This document shows, piece after piece, positions 26,553 through 34,879 of a DNA stretch of 64,000 nucleotides; within the stretch, counting starts at the first letter, position 1; each line of letters starts with the position of its first letter. This DNA comes from an uncultured Sneathiellales bacterium (GTDB lineage Bacteria; Pseudomonadota; Alphaproteobacteria; CAYFNG01), in the NCBI GenBank assembly GCA_964344385.1, contig CAYFNG010000004.1:73528-137527 (forward strand). The letters are read 5' to 3'. The notes beneath the pieces were generated by a model. It did not search any database. It worked only from the letters and a program-made list of their open reading frames with translations, and was not told the DNA's origin. The position numbers and the translations under genes are program-made.

Positions 26553-28073
26553 ATGCTGGTCAGCGGCAAACGCGACCGAAGCCCGGACCAGCTCGAAACC
26601 CGCGCCTTGCAGGCTGCCGGCGGCTTAAGGGCCGCCGGGGTCGGGCCGGGCGATGCGGTGGCGCTGCTCCTGCGCAACGATTTCGCGTTCTTCGAAGCAA
26701 GCTTCGCGGCGCAGGCGGTGGGCGCCTATGCGGTGCCGATCAACTGGCACCTGGCACCGGACGAGGTCGCCTATATCCTAAAAGACTGTGCCGCCCGGGT
26801 CCTGATCGGTCATGCCGACCTGTTGAATCGGGCCGGCCCGGCAATTCCCGACGGCATGCGGGTACTGACGGTGCCTACCCCGGACGAACTCGCCGCTGCT
26901 TATGGCTTGGCTGAGGCGGCCTGCCTGGTCCCGACCGAGGCCGAGCTATGGGACGAATGGCTGGCGGGGTATTCGCCGCTGACCGATCTGTGTCCGCAGG
27001 TGCCGGAGGCGATGACCTATACATCCGGCACCACCGGCCTGCCCAAGGGGGTGCGCCGCAACCTGCAAGCCCGCGACCAAATGGCCGAAGTGATCCGGAT
27101 CCGCGACCGGGTCTATGGCATCGAACCCGGGATCCGCTCCCTGATCGCCGGCCCGCTCTACCATGGCGCTCCCAATAATTTCGGCCTCCGCTCGGCCAAG
27201 GTGGCGGAACGCACGGTGTTGATGCCCCGGTTCGACGCGGAAGCGCTGCTGGCGGCGATCGAACGCCATCGCATCACCAACATCTTCATGGTGCCGACCA
27301 TGTTCGTGCGGCTGCTGCGCCTGCCCCAGGCGGTGCGGGATGCGTATGATTTGAGCTCGCTGCGCCATGTGGTCCATGCGGCGGCGCCATGCCCGAGCGA
27401 CGTCAAACAGGCGATGATCGACTGGTGGGGGCCGATCATCCACGAATTCTACGCCGGCACCGAGGGCAGTTACTGGACCCTGTGCGACAGCGCCGAATGG
27501 TTGGCGAGACCGGGCACCGTGGGCCGGGTGATCGACGGCGCGACCTTGAAGGCCCTGGACGAAGCGGGCCTTGAGCTGCCGCCGAGCGTTCCGGGCGAGC
27601 TTTACGGCCGTCTTCACTGCCTGCCCGATTTCACCTACCACAACCTGCCCGAGGAGCGGGCCAAGGTCGAACGGGACGGCTTGATCACCTTGGGCGATGT
27701 CGGCTACTTCGACGATCAGGGATACCTCTTCCTGTGCGACCGCAAACGGGACATGGTGATTTCCGGCGGGGTCAACATCTACCCGGCCGAGATCGAGGCG
27801 GCCCTGACCCAGATGCCCGGTGTCGAGGACAGTGCGGTGTTCGGCATTCCCGACGGCGAATACGGCGAAAAGCTGCTGGCGGTGGTGGCGCCGCACAATG
27901 GTGCCGTTCTGGATACCGAATCCGTGGTCGATTTCCTCAAGTCACGGATCGCTGGCTATAAAGTGCCGCGGCTGGTCGAGGTCCGCACCGACCTGCCGCG
28001 CGGCGATGACGGCAAGATCTACAAGCGCCGCCTGCGCGACGCCTATTGGCTAGGCCGGGAACGACGGATCTAG
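26553..28073 (+). CDS. AMP-dependent synthetase/ligase (acyl-CoA synthetase family)
   Basis: AMP-binding motif YTSGTTGLPKGV, then GYFDDQGYLFLCDRKRDMVISGGVNIYPAEIE. The stop TAG is formed at the junction with the MITE. Confidence 0.8.
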   Translation: MLVSGKRDRSPDQLETRALQAAGGLRAAGVGPGDAVALLLRNDFAFFEASFAAQAVGAYAVPINWHLAPDEVAYILKDCAARVLIGHADLLNRAGPAIPDGMRVLTVPTPDELAAAYGLAEAACLVPTEAELWDEWLAGYSPLTDLCPQVPEAMTYTSGTTGLPKGVRRNLQARDQMAEVIRIRDRVYGIEPGIRSLIAGPLYHGAPNNFGLRSAKVAERTVLMPRFDAEALLAAIERHRITNIFMVPTMFVRLLRLPQAVRDAYDLSSLRHVVHAAAPCPSDVKQAMIDWWGPIIHEFYAGTEGSYWTLCDSAEWLARPGTVGRVIDGATLKALDEAGLELPPSVPGELYGRLHCLPDFTYHNLPEERAKVERDGLITLGDVGYFDDQGYLFLCDRKRDMVISGGVNIYPAEIEAALTQMPGVEDSAVFGIPDGEYGEKLLAVVAPHNGAVLDTESVVDFLKSRIAGYKVPRLVEVRTDLPRGDDGKIYKRRLRDAYWLGRERRI

Positions 28074-28336
28074 TGGATAGTATTTATCAGTTGGTGCCCA
28101 TAGGATCCCATATCCCGCTTTCTCGCCAGGAGAGGTCCCGCCGGCGATGCTGGCGCATCGTCAAGGGTCCTCGACACAGCGAGAAGCCGGGATATGGGAC
28201 CCGCGGGGCGGCTTCCCAAGCCCGCCGGACGCGTTGCCCGACGCTTGTGATGCGCCAGCATCACGGCGCATCGGGCGCCTTTCCGGGCGGACTTGGGAAA
28301 CCGTCCTATGGGTACCATCTGATAAATACTATCCAC
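28073..28336. mobile_element. MITE-like non-autonomous element (about 264 bp) with 18-21 bp terminal inverted repeats GTGGATAGTATTTATCAG / CTGATAAATACTATCCAC, flanked by TA dinucleotides (IS630/Tc1-mariner-type target duplication)
   Basis: TIRs and internal palindromes are directly visible. TA occurs at 28071-72 and 28337-38. No ORF with coding character lies inside. Confidence 0.5.
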
Positions 28337-28598
28337 TAGAGTTACTTTATTCCGCGAACAGGCGATAGAGATCGTCGAAGTCGGACCGCAGCGACGTGTT
28401 GTAGGCGCGGTTGGCGGGACTGTCGGGTCGTTGGCGCCAGGCAGGCGAGGCTTCGGCCAGCGCTTCCGCCAGGGCCCATCTGTGGAAGAAATGGCGTCCG
28501 GCCAGCGCCCGCAAGGGGCCGCGCCGGTCGGGTCGCAGATTGCTGCGCGCCAGCGCTGCCAGCCCGCGCGATCCAATGGTAATCGGTGCGATTTCGGC

Positions 28599-29825
28599 CT
28601 AGCGCAGGACCAGATCGACCTGGTCGGGCGGGAAGCCGTACCGTTCGGCCAGTTCCGATTTGGCCACCCTGGCGGACTCGAAAACCCGCCCGGCGATGGC
28701 CTGGGTTGCGACCGGGGCCATGCCGGCCTCGCGAAGGCGCTCGGTGGCCACCGGCGTGAGCGAGTAGGTAACCCGCTTGTAGACTTGCTGGTCGAAGACG
28801 TTCTGCATGAAGAACAAGCCGACAAAGCAGATCAGACCGGCCAGCAACGGCGTCACCACCCAGCCGAGCCCGATCCCGCCCAGGACCGGCCAGCGAATGC
28901 CGCGCCCGCCCTTGACCAAGGAGATGCCCAAAACGGCGCCGACCACGGCTTGGGAACTGGAAACCGGAACCAGCGGGATGGTCGGCAGGCCGTTTTTGGC
29001 CAGGAACGCTTCCAAGCTTTGGCTGGCGAACAGGAACAGCACCAGGGAATGGGCGACCACCACCACCCAGGCGGCGATCGGCGACAGTGGCATCAGCCCG
29101 TCGCCCACCGTTAACATGACCCGCCTCGAATAGGTGAAGACACCGACCCCGATTGCCAGGGCGCCGATCAGGAAAAGTTGCTGGGTCGATGAAATGGTCA
29201 GGATGCCGTCGATCCGGAAATCGGTGAACGGCGAGGCGGGGACAAAGACGCCCATGACATTGCCGATATTGTTGGCCCCCAGGCTGTAGGCGCCGAAGGC
29301 ACCGGCCAGGATCAGGCCAAATCGGGTATAGGCGTCGGTCCGCATCAGGTGCAGCTGCGCCTTTTGCAGTGCCCGTTTGACGATCACGAACAGGGCGGCC
29401 GAGAACCCGGCCGCCAGGATCGGGCAGATAATCCAGGTCGACAGGATCTTGGCCAATGACGCGCTATCGGTCAGGGTGTCGCTGAACAGGTTCCAGCCGA
29501 CGATGCTGCCGACGATCGCCTGGGTCGTCGACACCGGCAGGCCGGCCTTGGTCATCGCATAGACCGACAGCGCCGCCGCCAGCGCCGCCATGAAGGCACC
29601 GCCCAGGGCATTGATCGCGCCCAGCTTGCCCAGCGTACCGGCCGCGCCGGCACCGGAAAACACCGCGCCCAGGACAACGAAGACGCTGCAGATGATCGCC
29701 GCGGTAGCGAACCGGATCATCCTTGTGCCCACGGCGGTGCCGAAGACATTGGCCGCATCGTTGGCGCCCAGGGCCCAGCCCAGGAACAACCCGCTGGTCA
29801 GGAATATGACGACGCCGAGATCCAC
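28599..29825 (-). CDS. inorganic phosphate transporter, PiT family
   Basis: GANDAANVFGTAVGT and the duplicated PHO4 repeat; 408 aa polytopic membrane protein. Confidence 0.9.
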   Translation of the reverse strand: MDLGVVIFLTSGLFLGWALGANDAANVFGTAVGTRMIRFATAAIICSVFVVLGAVFSGAGAAGTLGKLGAINALGGAFMAALAAALSVYAMTKAGLPVSTTQAIVGSIVGWNLFSDTLTDSASLAKILSTWIICPILAAGFSAALFVIVKRALQKAQLHLMRTDAYTRFGLILAGAFGAYSLGANNIGNVMGVFVPASPFTDFRIDGILTISSTQQLFLIGALAIGVGVFTYSRRVMLTVGDGLMPLSPIAAWVVVVAHSLVLFLFASQSLEAFLAKNGLPTIPLVPVSSSQAVVGAVLGISLVKGGRGIRWPVLGGIGLGWVVTPLLAGLICFVGLFFMQNVFDQQVYKRVTYSLTPVATERLREAGMAPVATQAIAGRVFESARVAKSELAERYGFPPDQVDLVLR

Positions 29826-29834
29826 GGAACGAGC

Positions 29835-30500
29835 CTAAACGGTGCGCTTGATCACATAAATCGCCAACCGGTCGGCGACGTCCTCGGCCCAATCGGCAAT
29901 GTCGTCGATGTTTTCGACGAAGCCGCGCAACTGCATCTTGTGTGCGAGCTCGGTTTCATGGGCGAAGATGCCGCGTTTTAGCTTGGTGCTGATCTTGTCG
30001 GCTTCTCGCTCGTGGAAGATCACCTTGTGGTTATGGTTGGCGACCGCTTCGGTGTCACGAAAGAAGGCGCGGGACGCCAGGACCACGGATTCCACGGTCT
30101 GGCCGGTGACCTGGACCAAGTCGCGAAACAGGTTCTGCAAATGCTCCGGCACGTCGGGCTTTTCGATCGAAAAGCCCCACAGCACCCGTTCGATCAGGTT
30201 GATGATACGGTCGAGGTTTTCCAGCAGGCCCAACACGTCGCCCCGCGATTCCGGGATCAGCGTCTGGGAATACAACGCGACCTCGATTTCACGGCGCAGG
30301 TCGTCGGCGCGGCTTTCCAACTGGTTGACCTGCTGGTGTTTCTCTTCGAATTCCTCGGACGCGCCTTGGGACATATAGATGTCGATACTGCGGTTGAAGG
30401 CCAGGGCCGATTCCGAAAGCGCGTCCAGGAACTGGTCGATCTTGACCTCCAGCTGGCGCGTCCCCTGGAACAGACGCAAGGTTCGACTGAGTTTCATCAT
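29835..30500 (-). CDS. DUF47-family (PhoU-like) Pit accessory protein
   Basis: About 221 aa helical protein starting MMKLSRTLRLF behind GGAAGGA; the canonical partner gene sits directly upstream of pit. Only the 3' part of ORF 29835..30860 is real. Confidence 0.8.
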   Translation of the reverse strand: MMKLSRTLRLFQGTRQLEVKIDQFLDALSESALAFNRSIDIYMSQGASEEFEEKHQQVNQLESRADDLRREIEVALYSQTLIPESRGDVLGLLENLDRIINLIERVLWGFSIEKPDVPEHLQNLFRDLVQVTGQTVESVVLASRAFFRDTEAVANHNHKVIFHEREADKISTKLKRGIFAHETELAHKMQLRGFVENIDDIADWAEDVADRLAIYVIKRTV

Positions 30501-30528
30501 ATCCTTCCCAACAAACCGGCCCGGCGGC

Positions 30529-31305
30529 CTACCAACGCCCGGCCATGAAAGCCTTGATGCGAGCCAACAGGTCGCCGCGTTGCTCATCGGCGACAAACAG
30601 TTTGTCGCCGTGCTGCAATTGGTCCAGACGGGCCTGCAGGTTTCCGATCTGCGTCGACAGTTCGGCGATCCCGTCAAGAATATCAGTACGGTAGCTGCCT
30701 TCAAGCCGGTCGGGATCGCGACCCGCCCGGTCGCGCAGGTCGCGGGCGGTCTGGTCCAATTCAGTCCCCAGGGTCCGGACATCATCGGTGAACTGGGTGG
30801 CGCGCAGCAGAAGGTTGGTAATGGCGGTGTCCTTGGCTTCCAAATAGCTGTCGACGACAAAGGTCATATCCAGGAACACGGTCTTGTTCAGGGCCTGGAT
30901 CTTGCGCACCAGGTCGCCAACATCCCCGTCATGGGCATCGGCGATCACTGAAATGAACCCGTTCAGCATGAAGCAATAGGCGCCCATGTAGAGTCCCGGG
31001 GTCAGGCCGACCCGTTCGTGGACCTTGCCGATCTGGACGGCAAGGTCGATTTCCAACGGATCGAAGTCGGCCGAAAACAGGGCTTCCAGCCAGTGGCGCT
31101 TTTGCGCGGCCCGGGCCCGCGCGACCGATTCATCGTCGACAAACAGAGCCTTGATTTCGGGGTAGCCCAGGATGTGGGCGTAGAACCTGTCCAACAGATC
31201 GTCGACGGCCGGTTCGATTTGCTTCCTCAAGTTCAGCAACTCAACCGCGTCGTCGTCGAACTGGAGGAAATCCAAGCGATCTTCCAGCAGCTTGATATGG
31301 TCCAT
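30529..31305 (-). CDS. globin-coupled-sensor-type (protoglobin / sensor globin) domain protein with a short helical C-terminal region and no recognisable output domain
   Basis: Matches sensor-globin blocks of DosC/HemAT-type proteins: RFYAHILGYPEIKALF...RHWLEALFS and the proximal-His motif IGKVHERVGLTP followed by GLYMGAYCFML. Confidence 0.6.
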   Translation of the reverse strand: MDHIKLLEDRLDFLQFDDDAVELLNLRKQIEPAVDDLLDRFYAHILGYPEIKALFVDDESVARARAAQKRHWLEALFSADFDPLEIDLAVQIGKVHERVGLTPGLYMGAYCFMLNGFISVIADAHDGDVGDLVRKIQALNKTVFLDMTFVVDSYLEAKDTAITNLLLRATQFTDDVRTLGTELDQTARDLRDRAGRDPDRLEGSYRTDILDGIAELSTQIGNLQARLDQLQHGDKLFVADEQRGDLLARIKAFMAGRW

Positions 31306-31433
31306 AAGCGGGTCCCCGGTTACGCCGATACTGGCAGGACCGTGTCAGTCTACCACCGGCCGGACCGGCGCACCAAGGGTAAGCGGGCCGGGGCGCCTTG
31401 CCGCCCCGGCCCTTCCTCCTTTCCTTTCTCGGC

Positions 31434-32567
31434 TCACGCCTTGCTGTCGGGCCGCGGCCGGATGCGCACCAAATCGTCGATGACACCATCCATCCCGTTG
31501 CCGACAATGACGTTGCCGACCTTTTCCGACACCTTCTCCAGGGCCTCCAGTTCCTTGAGGCGCATCAGGATCGGGTTGTCTTCCATCAGCTTGGCGGTGT
31601 TCAACAGCGACCGCGTCGCCGCCGTCTCCTCACGCCGCTTGATGACGTTGGCCCGCGCGGTCTTTTCGGCCGCGATGACCTTGTTCATCAGGTCGCGGAC
31701 ATCCCCCGGCAGGATGATATCCTTGACCCCGGCGCTCGGCACCTCCAGGCCGGCTTCGGCCAGACCCGGCATCAGCATCTCCGCGATCGCGGCGTTGATG
31801 CCCTGCTTGTCACCCAGGACCTCGTCCAGGGTGCGGGTCCCGACCACCTGACGGAGTGCGAACTGCAGCTCCTTGTACAGGTAGTCGCGCAGGTTCGCGG
31901 TGACCGTGACCACCTTCAGCGGGTCGGCGATCCGGTAGACCGCGGTGATGTTGGCTCGGATACCGATCTGGTCCTTGGTCAACACCTCCTGGCCGGTGAC
32001 CTCCAGGGTCTGCAGCCGCAGATCCAGCGTGGCCACATCGACCCGGCGCACCGCCTTGTAGAAGGCATAGCGCCCCGGATCCAAGGTCCGCACCAGCTCA
32101 CCGTCGACATACAACAGGCCGACATGGTTGGCCGGGACATCGGCCACAGTGACCATGCTGGTGGTCATCCGCGCCAGCACCGGGACCAGCTCCGCCGCCG
32201 CCTCGATTTCGGTCGCGGCGTCGATGGTTTCGACCGTGATCTCGCCCAGAGCCTTGGCGTAGAACGCGGTCCGACCCGGCGCCACCAGGTTGACCAGCTT
32301 GCCGTCGGCGAACACCAGGCCGAGCTGGCCGTCGCCCATATCGGCGGCGACGACGTGCGGCGCGATGGCGGCCCGGTGGGTCTGCCACAGCACCATCAGC
32401 TCATCGGCGCGGATCGGCTTCTGGCGCAGGTCCAGGATCACGACGTCGATCCGGCTGGTCCGGATCGCGAAGCGGTAGGTGCCCGGGGTCAGGACCTTGA
32501 CGAAGGCCCGGTCCCGGTACATCAGGCCGAGTTCGTGATCAGCGATGTATACGGTCTTCCACAACAT
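31434..32567 (-). CDS. slipin-family SPFH (band 7) domain protein with a tripled N-terminal beta-rich repeat
   Basis: Three repeats of G(L/V)xYxDGxLVxxLxPGRYAF(Y), then an SPFH domain and a coiled-coil C-terminus. Confidence 0.8.
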   Translation of the reverse strand: MLWKTVYIADHELGLMYRDRAFVKVLTPGTYRFAIRTSRIDVVILDLRQKPIRADELMVLWQTHRAAIAPHVVAADMGDGQLGLVFADGKLVNLVAPGRTAFYAKALGEITVETIDAATEIEAAAELVPVLARMTTSMVTVADVPANHVGLLYVDGELVRTLDPGRYAFYKAVRRVDVATLDLRLQTLEVTGQEVLTKDQIGIRANITAVYRIADPLKVVTVTANLRDYLYKELQFALRQVVGTRTLDEVLGDKQGINAAIAEMLMPGLAEAGLEVPSAGVKDIILPGDVRDLMNKVIAAEKTARANVIKRREETAATRSLLNTAKLMEDNPILMRLKELEALEKVSEKVGNVIVGNGMDGVIDDLVRIRPRPDSKA

Positions 32568-32864
32568 TGTTCTTCTCCTCGTACGACGGTCCAGAAAGGA
32601 CCGGGACCAACAAAAGGCCCTAACAAATCAATGGTCGGCTGCGCGGACGGGGTCCGACGAGCAGTGACGGGCCGCCCCGCCGTCGTCCTTGCCGCGGTGA
32701 GCGATGGCCGGGGGAACCGAAAGGCTTGCCCGGGCATCTGTCGCCGTGGCGCGGGTGGACGGTTGGGGTGGCGCATAGCCACCGGCCGCCTGGTGGAACC
32801 GCTAGTGCGGCACCGCCAGGACCCCGTCCGGCAACCGAGAAATGAAGCTCCGCTATCCAAAAGC

Positions 32865-32936
32865 GAGTGGCGGGAGGAATCGAACCTCCTACACCTGGAT
32901 TTACAGTCCAGTGCTCTACCAATTGAGCTACGTCCG
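32865..32936 (-). pseudogene. tRNA-like sequence: type-I cloverleaf with GUA anticodon and a Trp/Thr-like D arm and T arm, but a non-pairing acceptor stem; directly abuts tRNA-Phe
   Basis: D arm TAGCTCAATTGGTAGAGCA, anticodon arm CTGGA-CTGTAAA-TCCAG, T arm GGAGG-TTCGATT-CCTCC all pair. The 5' strand ACGGACG against the 3' strand CGCCACT gives only 4 of 7 pairs. Bacterial tRNA-Tyr is normally type II. Confidence 0.35.
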
Positions 32937-33007
32937 TGCCAATTACGGGGATCGAACCCGCTCCTCCGGACTTTCGGTCCGGCGCTCTACCCTAGAGCCA
33001 AATCGGC
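32937..33007 (-). tRNA. tRNA-Phe (GAA)
   Basis: Acceptor GCCGATT/AATTGGC (one G.U), D arm GCTC-TAGGGTA-GAGC, anticodon arm CCGGA-CCGAAAG-TCCGG, T arm GCGGG-TTCGATC-CCCGT, discriminator A. CCA is not encoded. Confidence 0.75.
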
Positions 33008-33508
33008 TGGAGGTACCCGATCCGGTTGGGATCGGTGGCGGGCTCGATACACGCTGGGCGCATTACGGGCGCCGGGCGCGCCGGCCGGGATTCACGAACC
33101 CGGTCCATGGAGCATTGCCCAAAGTACCAAAAGAATTCGGTTTGCCGTTTGGGGCGATTATGTATGGGGGAATGATGTCATCTGTCCTGCTCCTTCTTGA
33201 TCGTGGTTCGATCGGGGCAGGACGGCCGCAAGTGCCGTTCAGGCCCGTATCGATCCGGGGTCCTTCATGGGTTGGAATGGTGTGCTTGATAAGCCCATCA
33301 TCTTGCCTTGCGTTTCACGAGCCCACCCGACAGCCGAGCGGGGCTGCGGTCAATAGCCTTCTCGTCGGGCAAGGGCAAGCAAAACCTGGGGTGGCGGTGC
33401 AAGAAAGACCGTAAATTACCGGTTCAGCGCGGCGAAGGATAACAATCTTGCCGCTGCACAGCGTCCCGTGAAACGGATAAGATCGGCCGGCAGGCGGAGG
33501 AGGGGCCC

Positions 33509-34471
33509 ATGACGTCACGAAAGAGGATCGCAATCCTCGACGACTATCAGAACCTGGCCACGACCATGGCCGATTGGTCCGGGATCGGGAACGCGGCCGA
33601 GATCACCGTGTTCGACCGGGCCTTCGCGGACCTGGAAGACGCCGCCTCGGCCCTCGCCAATTACGAAATCCTCTGCATCATGCGCGAGCGCACGCCGTTC
33701 CCCAAGGCGATGTTCGAACGCCTGCCCAGGCTGGAACTCATGGTTACCACCGGCATGCGAAATGCCGCGATCGACATGCAAGCGGCCCGCGATCACGGCG
33801 TCACGGTGTCGGGCACCGGTTCGCCGGCCTATCCGACCGCCGAGCTGACCTGGGGCCTGGTCCTCAGCCTGGCCCGGCATATTCCGCAGGAAGACCGGGC
33901 AATGCGCGGCGGCGCCTGGCAGACCACGCTGGGTTTCGATCTGAACGGTAAGACGCTGGGCGTGCTCGGCCTCGGTCGCCTCGGCAGCCAGACGGCGCGC
34001 ATCGGCGCCGCCTTCGGCATGCGGGTGATTGCCTGGAGCCAGAACCTGACCGACGAGCGGGCTAAAGCCTGCGGCGCGGCGCGGGTGACAAAGGACGAGC
34101 TGTTGGCCAGCTCCGACGTGGTCGCGGTTCACCTCAAGCTGAGCGACCGTACCCGGGGCCTGATCGGTGCCGACGAACTGGGTCGCATGCAGCGCCACGC
34201 GCTGCTGATCAATACGTCACGCGGCCCGATCGTCGATGAAGCCGCGCTCGTGGCGGCCCTGACCGAAGGCCGGATCGGTGGCGCCGGGATCGATGTCTAC
34301 GACCGCGAGCCGCTGCCCGCCGACCATCCTTTGCGGGCTTGCCCCCGCACCGTCCTCACCCCGCATATCGGCTACGTCACCGAGGACACCTACCGGGTCT
34401 TCTATGGCGAGACCGTGGAAGCCGTGCAGGCCTATCTCGACGGCGCCCCGATCCGCGTGATCGAGGGCTGA
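33509..34471 (+). CDS. D-isomer-specific 2-hydroxyacid dehydrogenase (glyoxylate/hydroxypyruvate reductase / PGDH-like)
   Basis: NAD-binding GVLGLGRLG and the catalytic R/E/H region (LINTSRG...TPHIGY). Confidence 0.85.
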   Translation: MTSRKRIAILDDYQNLATTMADWSGIGNAAEITVFDRAFADLEDAASALANYEILCIMRERTPFPKAMFERLPRLELMVTTGMRNAAIDMQAARDHGVTVSGTGSPAYPTAELTWGLVLSLARHIPQEDRAMRGGAWQTTLGFDLNGKTLGVLGLGRLGSQTARIGAAFGMRVIAWSQNLTDERAKACGAARVTKDELLASSDVVAVHLKLSDRTRGLIGADELGRMQRHALLINTSRGPIVDEAALVAALTEGRIGGAGIDVYDREPLPADHPLRACPRTVLTPHIGYVTEDTYRVFYGETVEAVQAYLDGAPIRVIEG

Positions 34472-34481
34472 AGAGGCTTCA

Positions 34482-34844
34482 TCAACCAGCCGGCTCGATC
34501 ACCCGTTTCAGCAGGTGGCGGCGGTTGCTGGTGTGGGGGCGGATTTCGGTCGGCCAGCGGCCGGCCTCGACCGCCTCGGCCCATTCCGGGCTGGTCAGGA
34601 CGTCGGGGCTTTCGATCTCGTAAATCGCGGTGAAGGTCGGTTCGCCGGCTGCGGGCATCTCCTTGCGCTCGCCGCCCAGGCTGATCACCAGCGGTTCGGC
34701 GGTCCACCGCGACACGCCCAGGACCCCTGGCACCTTCAGCAGGTTCGGCACATGCTCGGTGTCGTAGACCTCGTGGAACAGGGCCTCGTATTCGGGGTCA
34801 ACGTCCATGCTGACGAACAGCAGGTATCGGGTGGCGATGGCCAT
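34482..34844 (-). CDS. hypothetical protein (possibly a dimeric alpha/beta-barrel / EthD-like fold)
   Basis: 120 aa ORF with coding-like composition; no firm family assignment. Confidence 0.4.
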   Translation of the reverse strand: MAIATRYLLFVSMDVDPEYEALFHEVYDTEHVPNLLKVPGVLGVSRWTAEPLVISLGGERKEMPAAGEPTFTAIYEIESPDVLTSPEWAEAVEAGRWPTEIRPHTSNRRHLLKRVIEPAG

Positions 34845-34879
34845 CCTCGCACCTCGTTGCGCTTGGTTTCCGGTCGCGG

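Noticed and set aside
26553-26700. Suspiciously short N-terminus of the AMP-ligase (ATG abutting the upstream stop, TAGATG)
   Set aside because: I considered a frameshift or fusion with the acyl-CoA dehydrogenase, but the two frames differ and each product has a complete domain set. They are most likely translationally coupled separate genes.
24843-27896. Minus-strand ORFs 24843..26429 and 26946..27896
   Set aside because: Antisense shadows of the acyl-CoA dehydrogenase and AMP-ligase genes.
28070-28825. 251-aa minus-strand ORF spanning the MITE and the intergenic region
   Set aside because: Runs through the inverted-repeat element, is proline/arginine-rich with low complexity, and shows no coding signal. 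This is distinct from the in-phase 83-codon frame after pit (28347..28598), which has no ATG or GTG start and only a possible TTG; I treat that as non-coding.
32568-32864. Possible structured ncRNA (SRP / 6S / tmRNA-like) between the slipin gene and the tRNAs
   Set aside because: I looked for 4.5S RNA (CAGGTCCGGAAGGAAGCAGC) and tmRNA hallmarks and found no match. It is most simply the promoter / 5' UTR of the slipin gene.
32620-33414. ORFs 32620..32922 (-) and 32842..33414 (+) overlapping the tRNA locus
   Set aside because: They translate straight through tRNA-Phe and the tRNA-like sequence, and one uses a TTG inside the D arm. They are artefacts of the ORF finder.
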